From Euprymna scolopes (Eukaryota): a stretch of DNA of 63,647 nt. The stretch is taken from the NCBI GenBank assembly GCA_053919585.1, contig CM132825.1; one strand, written 5' to 3'. The translations under genes were made by a program, and so were the position numbers. This document shows, in pieces, positions 41,024-55,469 of the stretch (position 1 is the first letter of the stretch; each line of letters begins with the position of its first letter). The notes below the pieces were generated by a model. It was not told where the DNA came from, ran no database searches, and was given only the letters and a program-made list of their open reading frames with translations.

Positions 41024-41746
41024 TGTAATCGCCAAAAAAAAAACAAAAAAAAACCCTGAATGGACTCTTGAAAATAATTGTATGCATACGGGTGTTATTT
41101 ATTCCTGTACTGTAACCGAAATACCATCTAAATCCCTCTAAATCAACACTGCTAATTTTTCCCAACTGTGAATCCCCCGGCAATAAAATAGCAATGAACT
41201 TTACTATCTCTCTCTACTAATAAACTTGATAAATAACAACACTAACAATATAAATCGTGATTATTTTTTGCCAGACAACTCCCAAGATAGTAATATTGAC
41301 AATCCAATCCGCAACAATATCCCTAACAATTCATCCAATTCTTACCTTGACTATAACAACTATAGAATACACAACACCAGCAACAGTAACCAGATTGCAT
41401 CCAAAACATACACATACATTGGATCCACTTTCATTTAACAAAGCTGAGAATCTCTAACCACATATCATTTAATAATAAAAACCCAAATAGTAACCAGGGA
41501 ACCTCTTTAGCTATTCTTATAAAAAACTTACATCTAAGAATATTCGCTTCTCAGTTACTTGGGATATTATCTGTAAATCCAAATTTTATAAACCTAGCTC
41601 CAAATTTTGTAACCTCTGCTTGTCTGAGTCAGTTAGGATAATAACTTCTCCTCGGTGTAAGAATGTAATCAATACAAAAAGTGAGCTGATCTTCTAATGC
41701 AAACATAAGGCAAAATTCAAGTATTGCAATGTTGAAATCACTTAGG
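41024..41746 (+). mobile_element. Penelope-like element (Naiad-type) GIY-YIG endonuclease C-terminal remnant
   Basis: CN(R)../PEWTLENNCMHTGVIYSCTV...KTYTYIGST../KLRISNHISFNN...GTSLA../VTWDIICKSKFYKPSSKFCNLCLSESVRII...NTKSELIF*CKHKAKFK; matches the CxC..C..C-VIY-YIG-CxLCLxE-CxH pattern; stops and frameshifts present. Confidence 0.8.
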
Positions 41747-42773
41747 CTCCACTGAAACATTAACTGCATCATAAACCAGGTTTAAAAAAAAAACAAAAAA
41801 ATTACTACTTACTTTACTTTTTTAATTATTACTTTCATACTTTTTTCTGGACTCTCCCAAATGCATTTAAGATTTTTAATCTTCTTACTCACTATATGAT
41901 CCTAATAACATAGCATTAATATCATTAAAATTATACATATACGCCATTAACTTTCTTGTCGTTATAATTAACGTTATTTTTACTAGAGCTAGTAGTGATA
42001 CTAATGTGAATGCTGCTATTATATGTATATCTCACTATTAGTATTTTTATTATCAATTTTATTTTATCTTTTTTCATTCAATTATCACTATTTTAGTTAT
42101 TCTTCTTATTAAAATCTATGTTAAAATCATTATTAAAATTATAATTATATGAGTTTATTATTTTTACCCTTATAATGCTTATAAACACTATAAATATATA
42201 TTTATAGTGTTTCTATTTTTATCCTTATTACACGTTTTATCCATTTTATCTTTAGCATTATGATAATAATTAATAGTACTATTTTCTGTTATTTTGTTAT
42301 GCTCTTTTCTTTAATTTTAATTTTACCAATGACAATGGGACCCCAAATTTTTAATTTTAGTTTATATAATAAATACCAATATTATCTCCATATTTTATTT
42401 TCATTAATCTTTTTATTTAAATTAAANNNNNNNNNNNNNNNNNNNNNNNNNNNNNNNNNNNNNNNNNNNNNNNNNNNNNNNNNNNNNNNNNNNNNNNNNN
42501 NNNNNNNNNNNNNNNNNNNNNNNNNNNNNNNNNNNNNNNNNNNNNNNNNNNNNNNNNNNNNNNNNNNNNNNNNNNNNNNNNNNNNNNNNNNNNNNNNNNN
42601 NNNNNNNNNNNNNNNNNNAGACCACGTGGTGCCCTGCCAACAACATCACTGTCGACCCAAACGTTGTTTACTGAGGATTTGTTCTATGTATTCTCTTCTC
42701 GTCCTGCCCGTGTCGTCGTCTCTTACATTGGTGGCCGCCGAGGAGTGTACACACGTCCACAATAAAATAAGTC

Positions 42774-42775
<2 letters not shown>

Positions 42776-42853
<78 letters not shown>
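42776..42853. repeat. (CA)n microsatellite
   Basis: Direct reading. Confidence 0.97.
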
Positions 42854-42857
<4 letters not shown>

Positions 42858-43502
42858 CTGACACCTTTTGTACATATTGGTTGCACTCTGGATGCGTATG
42901 TGAAACCATCGAGGAAAACTATCCTGTAAGCGCTAACATCCATATCTTAGTTTTTCTATTGACGCTGTGTTTGTCAGTTGACGTCAGCTCAGCTTGAACT
43001 TCCAAGGCTTTCCCGTTTTGATGTACCCCCAACTGCCTTCGACTGTGTCCAAACTGGCAACTCTCCTCAACGGGATCGTCGTCAACTGTCACACATTCAA
43101 AACCGTCCACAAGCCGTTCTTACTCTCTTGAAACTTAGTCACTCCTAAAACCACCCATAAACCAACTCTAAATATGTCTAAGCTTGTTCAATCCTTTATC
43201 CCCAAAATAACTCTAACGCCTTGATTTAGTCCTTTTTGTGAACGTTAGTAACCAACTTCTTATCCCTTGTTTTGCTGACACATTTCCTCTTTCTTTTATT
43301 ATACTTTTTCCTCCTTCTCTCCAACTTGCCAATATTGGGNNNNNNNNNNNNNNNNNNNNNNNNNNNNNNNNNNNNNNNNNNNNNNNNNNNNNNNNNNNNN
43401 NNNNNNNNNNNNNNNNNNNNNNNNNNNNNNNNNNNNNNNNNNNNNNNNNNNNNNNNNNNNNNNNNNNNNNNNNNNNNNNNNNNNNNNNNNNNNNNNNNNN
43501 NN

Positions 43503-43703
43503 TTTTACTATTATTATAATTATTATTACTATTATTACTATTACTATTATTATTATTATAATCATCATTATCGTTATTCTTTTCCTTCTTCTGCTTCTTA
43601 TTATTATCATCATTATTATTGTTATTATTTCTATTATTAATATCTTTATTATTGTTATTACTATTATAATCATTACTCTCATTCTTATCATTAATATTAT
43701 TAT
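43503..43703. repeat. Degenerate (TAT)n low-complexity tract
   Basis: Direct reading. Confidence 0.9.
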
Positions 43704-43961
43704 NNNNNNNNNNNNNNNNNNNNNNNNNNNNNNNNNNNNNNNNNNNNNNNNNNNNNNNNNNNNNNNNNNNNNNNNNNNNNNNNNNNNNNNNNNNNNNNNN
43801 NNNNNNNNNNNNNNNNNNNNNNNNNNNNNNNNNNNNNNNTATGTCTTAGCTTATGACAATCTACACCAAGATGTGTATGCCGTACAAATAAATATATCAT
43901 TTGTTGTTCATAGATTGGCTTTGTTTTATTTTCTTTAGTTACGGATTATTATGAATCTTAC

Positions 43962-46900
43962 ATTTTATATAAAGTTTAACTCCTACGTGATATTAGCATA
44001 TTTTATATAAAGTTTAACTCCTACGTGATATTAGCATATTTTATATAAAGTTTAACTCCTACGTGATATTAGCATATTTTATATAAAGTTTAACTCCTAC
44101 GTGATATTAGCATATTTTATATAAAGTTTAACTCCTACGTGATATTAGCATATTTTATATAAAGTTTAACTCCTACGTGATATTAGCATATTTTATATAA
44201 AGTTTAACTCCTACGTGATATTAGCATATTTTATATAAAGTTTAACTCCTACGTGATATTAGCATATTTTATATAAAGTTTAACTCCTACGTGATATTAG
44301 CATATTTTATATAAAGTTTAACTCCTACGTGATATTAGCATATTTTATATAAAGTTTAACTCCTACGTGATATTAGCATATTTTATATAAAGTTTAATTC
44401 CTACGTGATATTAGCATATTTTATATAAAGTTTAACTCCTACGTGATATTAGCATATTTTATATAAAGTTTAACTCCTACGTGATATTAGCATATTTTAT
44501 ATAAAGTTTAACTCCTACGTGATATTAGCATATTTTATATAAAGTTTAACTCCTACGTGATATTAGCATATTTTATATAAAGTTTAACTCCTACGTGATA
44601 TTAGCATATTTTATATAAAGTTTAACTCCTACGTGATATTAGCATATTTTATATAAAGTTTAATTCCTACGTGATATTAGCATATTTTATATAAAGTTTA
44701 ACTCCTACGTGATATTAGCATATTTTATATAAAGTTTAACTCCTACGTGATATTAGCATATTTTATATAAAGTTTAACTCCTACGTGATATTAGCATATT
44801 TTATATAAAGTTTAACTCCTACGTGATATTAGCATATTTTATATAAAGTTTAACTCCTACGTGATATTAGCATATTTTATATAAAGTTTAACTCCTACGT
44901 GATATTAGTATATTTTATATAAAGTTTAACTCCTACGTGATATTAGCATATTTTATATAAAGTTTAACTCCTACGTGATATTAGCATATTTTATATAAAG
45001 TTTAACTCCTACGTGATATTAGCATATTTTATATAAAGTTTAACTCCTACGTGATATTAGCATATTTTATATAAAGTTTAACTCTTACGTGATATTAGCA
45101 TATTTTATATAAAGTTTAACTCCTACGTGATATTAGCATATTTTATATAAAGTTTAACTCTTACGTGATATTAGCATATTTTATATAAAGTTTAACTCCT
45201 ACGTGATATTAGCATATTTTATATAAAGTTTAACTCCTACGTGATATTAGCATATTTTATATAAAGTTTAACTCCTACGTGATATTAGCATATTTTATAT
45301 AAAGTTTAACTCTTACGTGATATTAGCATATTTTATATAAAGTTTAACTCCTACGTGATATTAGCATATTTTATATAAAGTTTAACTCCTACGTGATATT
45401 AGCATATTTTATATAAAGTTTAACTCCTACGTGATATTAGCATATTTTATATAAAGTTTAACTCCTACGTGATATTAGCATATTTTATATAAAGTTTAAC
45501 TCTTACGTGATATTAGCATATTTTATATAAAGTTTAACTCTTACGTGATATTAGCATATTTTATATAAAGTTTAACTCCTACGTGATATTAGCATATTTT
45601 ATATAAAGTTTAACTCCTACGTGATATTAGCATATTTTATATAAAGTTTAACTCTTACGTGATATTAGCATATTTTATATAAAGTTTAACTCTTACGTGA
45701 TATTAGCATATTTTATATAAAGTTTAACTCTTACGTGATATTAGCATATTTTATATAAAGTTTAACTCCTACGTGATATTAGCATATTTTATATAAAGTT
45801 TAACTCCTACGTGATATTAGCATATTTTATATAAAGTTTAACTCTTACGTGATATTAGCATATTTTATATAAAGTTTAACTCTTACGTGATATTAGCATA
45901 TTTTATATAAAGTTTAACTCTTACGTGATATTAGCATATTTTATATAAAGTTTAACTCCTACGTGATATTAGCATATTTTATATAAAGTTTAACTCTTAC
46001 GTGATATTAGCATATTTTATATAAAGTTTAACTCTTACGTGATATTAGCATATTTTATATAAAGTTTAACTCCTACGTGATATTAGCATATTTTATATAA
46101 AGTTTAACTCTTACGTGATATTAGCATATTTTATATAAAGTTTAACTCCTACGTGATATTAGCATATTTTATATAAAGTTTAACTCTTACGTGATATTAG
46201 CATATTTTATATAAAGTTTAACTCTTACGTGATATTAGCATATTTTATATAAAGTTTAACTCTTACGTGATATTAGCATATTTTATATAAAGTTTAACTC
46301 CTACGTGATATTAGCATATTTTATATAAAGTTTAACTCTTACGTGATATTAGCATATTTTATATAAAGTTTAACTCTTACGTGATATTAGCATATTTTAT
46401 ATAAAGTTTAACTCTTACGTGATATTAGCATATTTTATATAAAGTTTAACTCCTACGTGATATTAGCATATTTTATATAAAGTTTAATTCCTACGTGATA
46501 TTAGCATATTTTATATAAAGTTTAACTCCTACGTGATATTAGCATATTTTATATAAAGTTTAACTCCTACGTGATATTAGCATATTTTATATAAAGTTTA
46601 ACTCCTACGTGATATTAGCATATTTTATATAAAGTTTAACTCCTACGTGATATTAGCATATTTTATATAAAGTTTAACTCCTACGTGATATTAGCATATT
46701 TTATATAAAGTTTAACTCCTACGTGATATTAGCATATTTTATATAAAGTTTAATTCCTACGTGATATTAGCATATTTTATATAAAGTTTAACTCCTACGT
46801 GATATTAGCATATTTTATATAAAGTTTAACTCCTACGTGATATTAGCATATTTTATATAAAGTTTAACTCCTACGTGATATTAGCATATTTTATATAAAG

Positions 46901-49900
46901 TTTAACTCCTACGTGATATTAGCATATTTTATATAAAGTTTAACTCCTACGTGATATTAGCATATTTTATATAAAGTTTAACTCCTACGTGATATTAGCA
47001 TATTTTATATAAAGTTTAACTCCTACGTGATATTAGCATATTTTATATAAAGTTTAATTCCTACGTGATATTAGCATATTTTATATAAAGTTTAACTCCT
47101 ACGTGATATTAGCATATTTTATATAAAGTTTAACTCCTACGTGATATTAGCATATTTTATATAAAGTTTAACTCCTACGTGATATTAGCATATTTTATAT
47201 AAAGTTTAACTCCTACGTGATATTAGCATATTTTATATAAAGTTTAACTCCTACGTGATATTAGCATATTTTATATAAAGTTTAACTCCTACGTGATATT
47301 AGCATATTTTATATAAAGTTTAACTCCTACGTGATATTAGCATATTTTATATAAAGTTTAACTCCTACGTGATATTAGCATATTTTATATAAAGTTTAAT
47401 TCCTACGTGATATTAGCATATTTTATATAAAGTTTAACTCCTACGTGATATTAGCATATTTTATATAAAGTTTAACTCCTACGTGATATTAGCATATTTT
47501 ATATAAAGTTTAACTCCTACGTGATATTAGCATATTTTATATAAAGTTTAACTCCTACGTGATATTAGCATATTTTATATAAAGTTTAATTCCTACGTGA
47601 TATTAGCATATTTTATATAAAGTTTAACTCCTACGTGATATTAGCATATTTTATATAAAGTTTAATTCCTACGTGATATTAGCATATTTTATATAAAGTT
47701 TAACTCCTACGTGATATTAGCATATTTTATATAAAGTTTAACTCCTACGTGATATTAGCATATTTTATATAAAGTTTAACTCCTACGTGATATTAGCATA
47801 TTTTATATAAAGTTTAACTCCTACGTGATATTAGCATATTTTATATAAAGTTTAACTCCTACGTGATATTAGCATATTTTATATAAAGTTTAACTCCTAC
47901 GTGATATTAGCATATTTTATATAAAGTTTAATTCCTACGTGATATTAGCATATTTTATATAAAGTTTAACTCCTACGTGATATTAGCATATTTTATATAA
48001 AGTTTAACTCCTACGTGATATTAGCATATTTTATATAAAGTTTAACTCCTACGTGATATTAGCATATTTTATATAAAGTTTAACTCCTACGTGATATTAG
48101 CATATTTTATATAAAGTTTAACTCCTACGTGATATTAGCATATTTTATATAAAGTTTAACTCCTACGTGATATTAGCATATTTTATATAAAGTTTAACTC
48201 CTACGTGATATTAGCATATTTTATATAAAGTTTAATTCCTACGTGATATTAGCATATTTTATATAAAGTTTAACTCCTACGTGATATTAGCATATTTTAT
48301 ATAAAGTTTAACTCCTACGTGATATTAGCATATTTTATATAAAGTTTAACTCCTACGTGATATTAGCATATTTTATATAAAGTTTAACTCCTACGTGATA
48401 TTAGCATATTTTATATAAAGTTTAACTCCTACGTGATATTAGCATATTTTATATAAAGTTTAACTCCTACGTGATATTAGCATATTTTATATAAAGTTTA
48501 ACTCCTACGTGATATTAGCATATTTTATATAAAGTTTAACTCCTACGTGATATTAGCATATTTTATATAAAGTTTAACTCCTACGTGATATTAGCATATT
48601 TTATATAAAGTTTAACTCCTACGTGATATTAGCATATTTTATATAAAGTTTAACTCCTACGTGATATTAGTATATTTTATATAAAGTTTAACTCCTACGT
48701 GATATTAGCATATTTTATATAAAGTTTAACTCCTACGTGATATTAGCATATTTTATATAAAGTTTAACTCCTACGTGATATTAGCATATTTTATATAAAG
48801 TTTAACTCCTACGTGATATTAGCATATTTTATATAAAGTTTAACTCCTACGTGATATTAGCATATTTTATATAAAGTTTAACTCCTACGTGATATTAGCA
48901 TATTTTATATAAAGTTTAACTCTTACGTGATATTAGCATATTTTATATAAAGTTTAACTCCTACGTGATATTAGCATATTTTATATAAAGTTTAACTCCT
49001 ACGTGATATTAGTATATTTTATATAAAGTTTAACTCCTACGTGATATTAGCATATTTTATATAAAGTTTAACTCCTACGTGATATTAGCATATTTTATAT
49101 AAAGTTTAACTCCTACGTGATATTAGCATATTTTATATAAAGTTTAACTCCTACGTGATATTAGCATATTTTATATAAAGTTTAACTCCTACGTGATATT
49201 AGCATATTTTATATAAAGTTTAACTCCTACGTGATATTAGCATATTTTATATAAAGTTTAACTCCTACGTGATATTAGCATATTTTATATAAAGTTTAAC
49301 TCTTACGTGATATTAGCATATTTTATATAAAGTTTAACTCCTACGTGATATTAGCATATTTTATATAAAGTTTAACTCCTACGTGATATTAGTATATTTT
49401 ATATAAAGTTTAACTCCTACGTGATATTAGCATATTTTATATAAAGTTTAACTCCTACGTGATATTAGCATATTTTATATAAAGTTTAACTCCTACGTGA
49501 TATTAGCATATTTTATATAAAGTTTAACTCTTACGTGATATTAGCATATTTTATATAAAGTTTAACTCTTACGTGATATTAGCATATTTTATATAAAGTT
49601 TAACTCCTACGTGATATTAGCATATTTTATATAAAGTTTAACTCCTACGTGATATTAGCATATTTTATATAAAGTTTAACTCCTACGTGATATTAGCATA
49701 TTTTATATAAAGTTTAACTCCTACGTGATATTAGCATATTTTATATAAAGTTTAACTCTTACGTGATATTAGCATATTTTATATAAAGTTTAACTCCTAC
49801 GTGATATTAGCATATTTTATATAAAGTTTAACTCCTACGTGATATTAGCATATTTTATATAAAGTTTAACTCCTACGTGATATTAGCATATTTTATATAA

Positions 49901-52900
49901 AGTTTAACTCCTACGTGATATTAGTATATTTAATATAAAGTTTAACTCCTACGTGATATTAGCATATTTTATATAAAGTTTAACTCCTACGTGATATTAG
50001 CATATTTTATATAAAGTTTAACTCTTACGTGATATTAGCATATTTTATATAAAGTTTAACTCCTACGTGATATTAGCATATTTTATATAAAGTTTAACTC
50101 CTACGTGATATTAGCATATTTTATATAAAGTTTAACTCCTACGTGATATTAGCATATTTTATATAAAGTTTAACTCCTACGTGATATTAGCATATTTTAT
50201 ATAAAGTTTAACTCCTACGTGATATTAGCATATTTTATATAAAGTTTAACTCCTACGTGATATTAGCATATTTTATATAAAGTTTAACTCTTACGTGATA
50301 TTAGCATATTTTATATAAAGTTTAACTCTTACGTGATATTAGCATATTTTATATAAAGTTTAACTCCTACGTGATATTAGCATATTTTATATAAAGTTTA
50401 ACTCTTACGTGATATTAGCATATTTTATATAAAGTTTAACTCCTACGTGATATTAGCATATTTTATATAAAGTTTAACTCTTACGTGATATTAGCATATT
50501 TTATATAAAGTTTAACTCCTACGTGATATTAGCATATTTTATATAAAGTTTAACTCTTACGTGATATTAGCATATTTTATATAAAGTTTAACTCCTACGT
50601 GATATTAGCATATTTTATATAAAGTTTAACTCCTACGTGATATTAGCATATTTTATATAAAGTTTAACTCCTACGTGATATTAGCATATTTTATATAAAG
50701 TTTAACTCTTACGTGATATTAGCATATTTTATATAAAGTTTAACTCCTACGTGATATTAGCATATTTTATATAAAGTTTAACTCCTACGTGATATTAGCA
50801 TATTTTATATAAAGTTTAACTCCTACGTGATATTAGCATATTTTATATAAAGTTTAACTCCTACGTGATATTAGCATATTTTATATAAAGTTTAACTCCT
50901 ACGTGATATTAGCATATTTTATATAAAGTTTAACTCCTACGTGATATTAGCATATTTTATATAAAGTTTAACTCCTACGTGATATTAGCATATTTTATAT
51001 AAAGTTTAACTCCTACGTGATATTAGCATATTTTATATAAAGTTTAACTCTTACGTGATATTAGCATATTTTATATAAAGTTTAACTCTTACGTGATATT
51101 AGCATATTTTATATAAAGTTTAACTCCTACGTGATATTAGCATATTTTATATAAAGTTTAACTCCTACGTGATATTAGCATATTTTATATAAAGTTTAAC
51201 TCCTACGTGATATTAGCATATTTTATATAAAGTTTAACTCTTACGTGATATTAGCATATTTTATATAAAGTTTAACTCCTACGTGATATTAGCATATTTT
51301 ATATAAAGTTTAACTCCTACGTGATATTAGCATATTTTATATAAAGTTTAACTCTTACGTGATATTAGCATATTTTATATAAAGTTTAACTCCTACGTGA
51401 TATTAGCATATTTTATATAAAGTTTAACTCCTACGTGATATTAGCATATTTTATATAAAGTTTAACTCCTACGTGATATTAGCATATTTTATATAAAGTT
51501 TAACTCCTACGTGATATTAGCATATTTTATATAAAGTTTAACTCCTACGTGATATTAGCATATTTTATATAAAGTTTAACTCCTACGTGATATTAGCATA
51601 TTTTATATAAAGTTTAACTCCTACGTGATATTAGCATATTTTATATAAAGTTTAACTCCTACGTGATATTAGCATATTTTATATAAAGTTTAACTCCTAC
51701 GTGATATTAGCATATTTTATATAAAGTTTAACTCCTACGTGATATTAGCATATTTTATATAAAGTTTAACTCCTACGTGATATTAGCATATTTTATATAA
51801 AGTTTAACTCCTACGTGATATTAGCATATTTTATATAAAGTTTAACTCCTACGTGATATTAGCATATTTTATATAAAGTTTAACTCCTACGTGATATTAG
51901 CATATTTTATATAAAGTTTAACTCCTACGTGATATTAGCATATTTTATATAAAGTTTAACTCCTACGTGATATTAGCATATTTTATATAAAGTTTAACTC
52001 TTACGTGATATTAGCATATTTTATATAAAGTTTAACTCTTACGTGATATTAGCATATTTTATATAAAGTTTAACTCCTACGTGATATTAGCATATTTTAT
52101 ATAAAGTTTAACTCCTACGTGATATTAGCATATTTTATATAAAGTTTAACTCCTACGTGATATTAGCATATTTTATATAAAGTTTAACTCTTACGTGATA
52201 TTAGCATATTTTATATAAAGTTTAACTCCTACGTGATATTAGCATATTTTATATAAAGTTTAACTCCTACGTGATATTAGCATATTTTATATAAAGTTTA
52301 ACTCTTACGTGATATTAGCATATTTTATATAAAGTTTAACTCCTACGTGATATTAGCATATTTTATATAAAGTTTAACTCCTACGTGATATTAGCATATT
52401 TTATATAAAGTTTAACTCCTACGTGATATTAGCATATTTTATATAAAGTTTAACTCCTACGTGATATTAGCATATTTTATATAAAGTTTAACTCCTACGT
52501 GATATTAGCATATTTTATATAAAGTTTAACTCCTACGTGATATTAGCATATTTTATATAAAGTTTAACTCCTACGTGATATTAGCATATTTTATATAAAG
52601 TTTAACTCCTACGTGATATTAGCATATTTTATATAAAGTTTAACTCCTACGTGATATTAGCATATTTTATATAAAGTTTAACTCCTACGTGATATTAGCA
52701 TATTTTATATAAAGTTTAACTCCTACGTGATATTAGCATATTTTATATAAAGTTTAACTCCTACGTGATATTAGCATATTTTATATAAAGTTTAACTCCT
52801 ACGTGATATTAGCATATTTTATATAAAGTTTAACTCCTACGTGATATTAGCATATTTTATATAAAGTTTAACTCCTACGTGATATTAGCATATTTTATAT

Positions 52901-54905
52901 AAAGTTTAACTCCTACGTGATATTAGCATATTTTATATAAAGTTTAACTCTTACGTGATATTAGCATATTTTATATAAAGTTTAACTCCTACGTGATATT
53001 AGCATATTTTATATAAAGTTTAACTCCTACGTGATATTAGCATATTTTATATAAAGTTTAACTCTTACGTGATATTAGCATATTTTATATAAAGTTTAAC
53101 TCCTACGTGATATTAGCATATTTTATATAAAGTTTAACTCCTACGTGATATTAGCATATTTTATATAAAGTTTAACTCCTACGTGATATTAGCATATTTT
53201 ATATAAAGTTTAACTCCTACGTGATATTAGCATATTTTATATAAAGTTTAACTCCTACGTGATATTAGCATATTTTATATAAAGTTTAACTCCTACGTGA
53301 TATTAGCATATTTTATATAAAGTTTAACTCTTACGTGATATTAGCATATTTTATATAAAGTTTAACTCTTACGTGATATTAGCATATTTTATATAAAGTT
53401 TAACTCCTACGTGATATTAGCATATTTTATATAAAGTTTAACTCTTACGTGATATTAGCATATTTTATATAAAGTTTAACTCCTACGTGATATTAGCATA
53501 TTTTATATAAAGTTTAACTCCTACGTGATATTAGCATATTTTATATAAAGTTTAACTCCTACGTGATATTAGCATATTTTATATAAAGTTTAACTCCTAC
53601 GTGATATTAGCATATTTTATATAAAGTTTAACTCCTACGTGATATTAGCATATTTTATATAAAGTTTAACTCCTACGTGATATTAGCATATTTTATATAA
53701 AGTTTAACTCCTACGTGATATTAGCATATTTTATATAAAGTTTAACTCCTACGTGATATTAGCATATTTTATATAAAGTTTAACTCCTACGTGATATTAG
53801 CATATTTTATATAAAGTTTAACTCCTACGTGATATTAGCATATTTTATATAAAGTTTAACTCCTACGTGATATTAGCATATTTTATATAAAGTTTAACTC
53901 CTACGTGATATTAGCATATTTTATATAAAGTTTAACTCTTACGTGATATTAGCATATTTTATATAAAGTTTAACTCTTACGTGATATTAGCATATTTTAT
54001 ATAAAGTTTAACTCCTACGTGATATTAGCATATTTTATATAAAGTTTAACTCCTACGTGATATTAGCATATTTTATATAAAGTTTAACTCCTACGTGATA
54101 TTAGCATATTTTATATAAAGTTTAACTCCTACGTGATATTAGCATATTTTATATAAAGTTTAACTCCTACGTGATATTAGCATATTTTATATAAAGTTTA
54201 ACTCCTACGTGATATTAGCATATTTTATATAAAGTTTAACTCCTACGTGATATTAGCATATTTTATATAAAGTTTAACTCCTACGTGATATTAGCATATT
54301 TTATATAAAGTTTAACTCCTACGTGATATTAGCATATTTTATATAAAGTTTAACTCCTACGTGATATTAGCATATTTTATATAAAGTTTAACTCCTACGT
54401 GATATTAGCATATTTTATATAAAGTTTAACTCCTACGTGATATTAGCATATTTTATATAAAGTTTAACTCCTACGTGATATTAGCATATTTTATATAAAG
54501 TTTAACTCCTACGTGATATTAGCATATTTTATATAAAGTTTAACTCCTACGTGATATTAGCATATTTTATATAAAGTTTAACTCCTACGTGATATTAGCA
54601 TATTTTATATAAAGTTTAACTCCTACGTGATATTAGCATATTTTATATAAAGTTTAACTCCTACGTGATATTAGCATATTTTATATAAAGTTTAACTCCT
54701 ACGTGATATTAGCATATTTTATATAAAGTTTAACTCCTACGTGATATTAGCATATTTTATATAAAGTTTAACTCCTACGTGATATTAGCATATTTTATAT
54801 AAAGTTTAACTCCTACGTGATATTAGCATATTTTATATAAAGTTTAACTCCTACGTGATATTAGCATATTTTATATAAAGTTTAACTCCTACGTGATATT
54901 AGCAT
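43962..54905. repeat. 38-bp tandem satellite, unit ATTTTATATAAAGTTTAACTCCTACGTGATATTAGCAT, 288 copies
   Basis: Length 10944 = 288 x 38; phase kept from start to end; only a few recurrent single-base variants. Confidence 0.99.
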
Positions 54906-55469
54906 GGCGTTTGCTTGTCGCAAGACGAATTGAACTAAAATTCAATTCGTCTATCGAATTGGTGTGATTTAAAAACGAAAGGTTAACGGTGGAAACTTTT
55001 TAGTTCCATTAAAATTTTCCGGCATTTCAATAATGTCTGAGGAAAGGTGAAGTTGTCAGGTTCTTTTTTGTTGCTGCAACTTAGAATTAAACGGGAGACG
55101 AGTTTTTATTTATTTTTTTTTTTTGCATGAATCTGAAAGCTTTTAAGCTATTGAGAAACTGTTTGTGCCCATTAAGTAAAGTCTCCATCAAATTCTAAAT
55201 GAGTGCGAGTTTTTTCATTCATCTCATCTATATTGGCATCAAAACAAATTGTTATTATTTTAATCAATAATTCAATATAATATGGCGAAATACTGCGCAT
55301 ATAGTACATATGAAAAACCGAAAAACATCTATTTGATACTTTAATTTAAATTTCCTTTCGGTATGACTTTGGTGGGAGGCGAGATCAAAAGAAAGAAAAC
55401 CCAAGTCTAAAGACTTTTCTCTAATACATGTCAACCAGACCACCCTGTCTTACTATCATATTGAGTGTG

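Noticed and set aside
42619-43339. Possible LINE ORF1/endonuclease start
   Set aside because: Only a vague resemblance; no diagnostic motif could be read.
43962-54905. CRISPR array, telomeric repeat or coding repeat
   Set aside because: No spacers, no G-rich telomere motif, and no ORFs on either strand in the ORF track.
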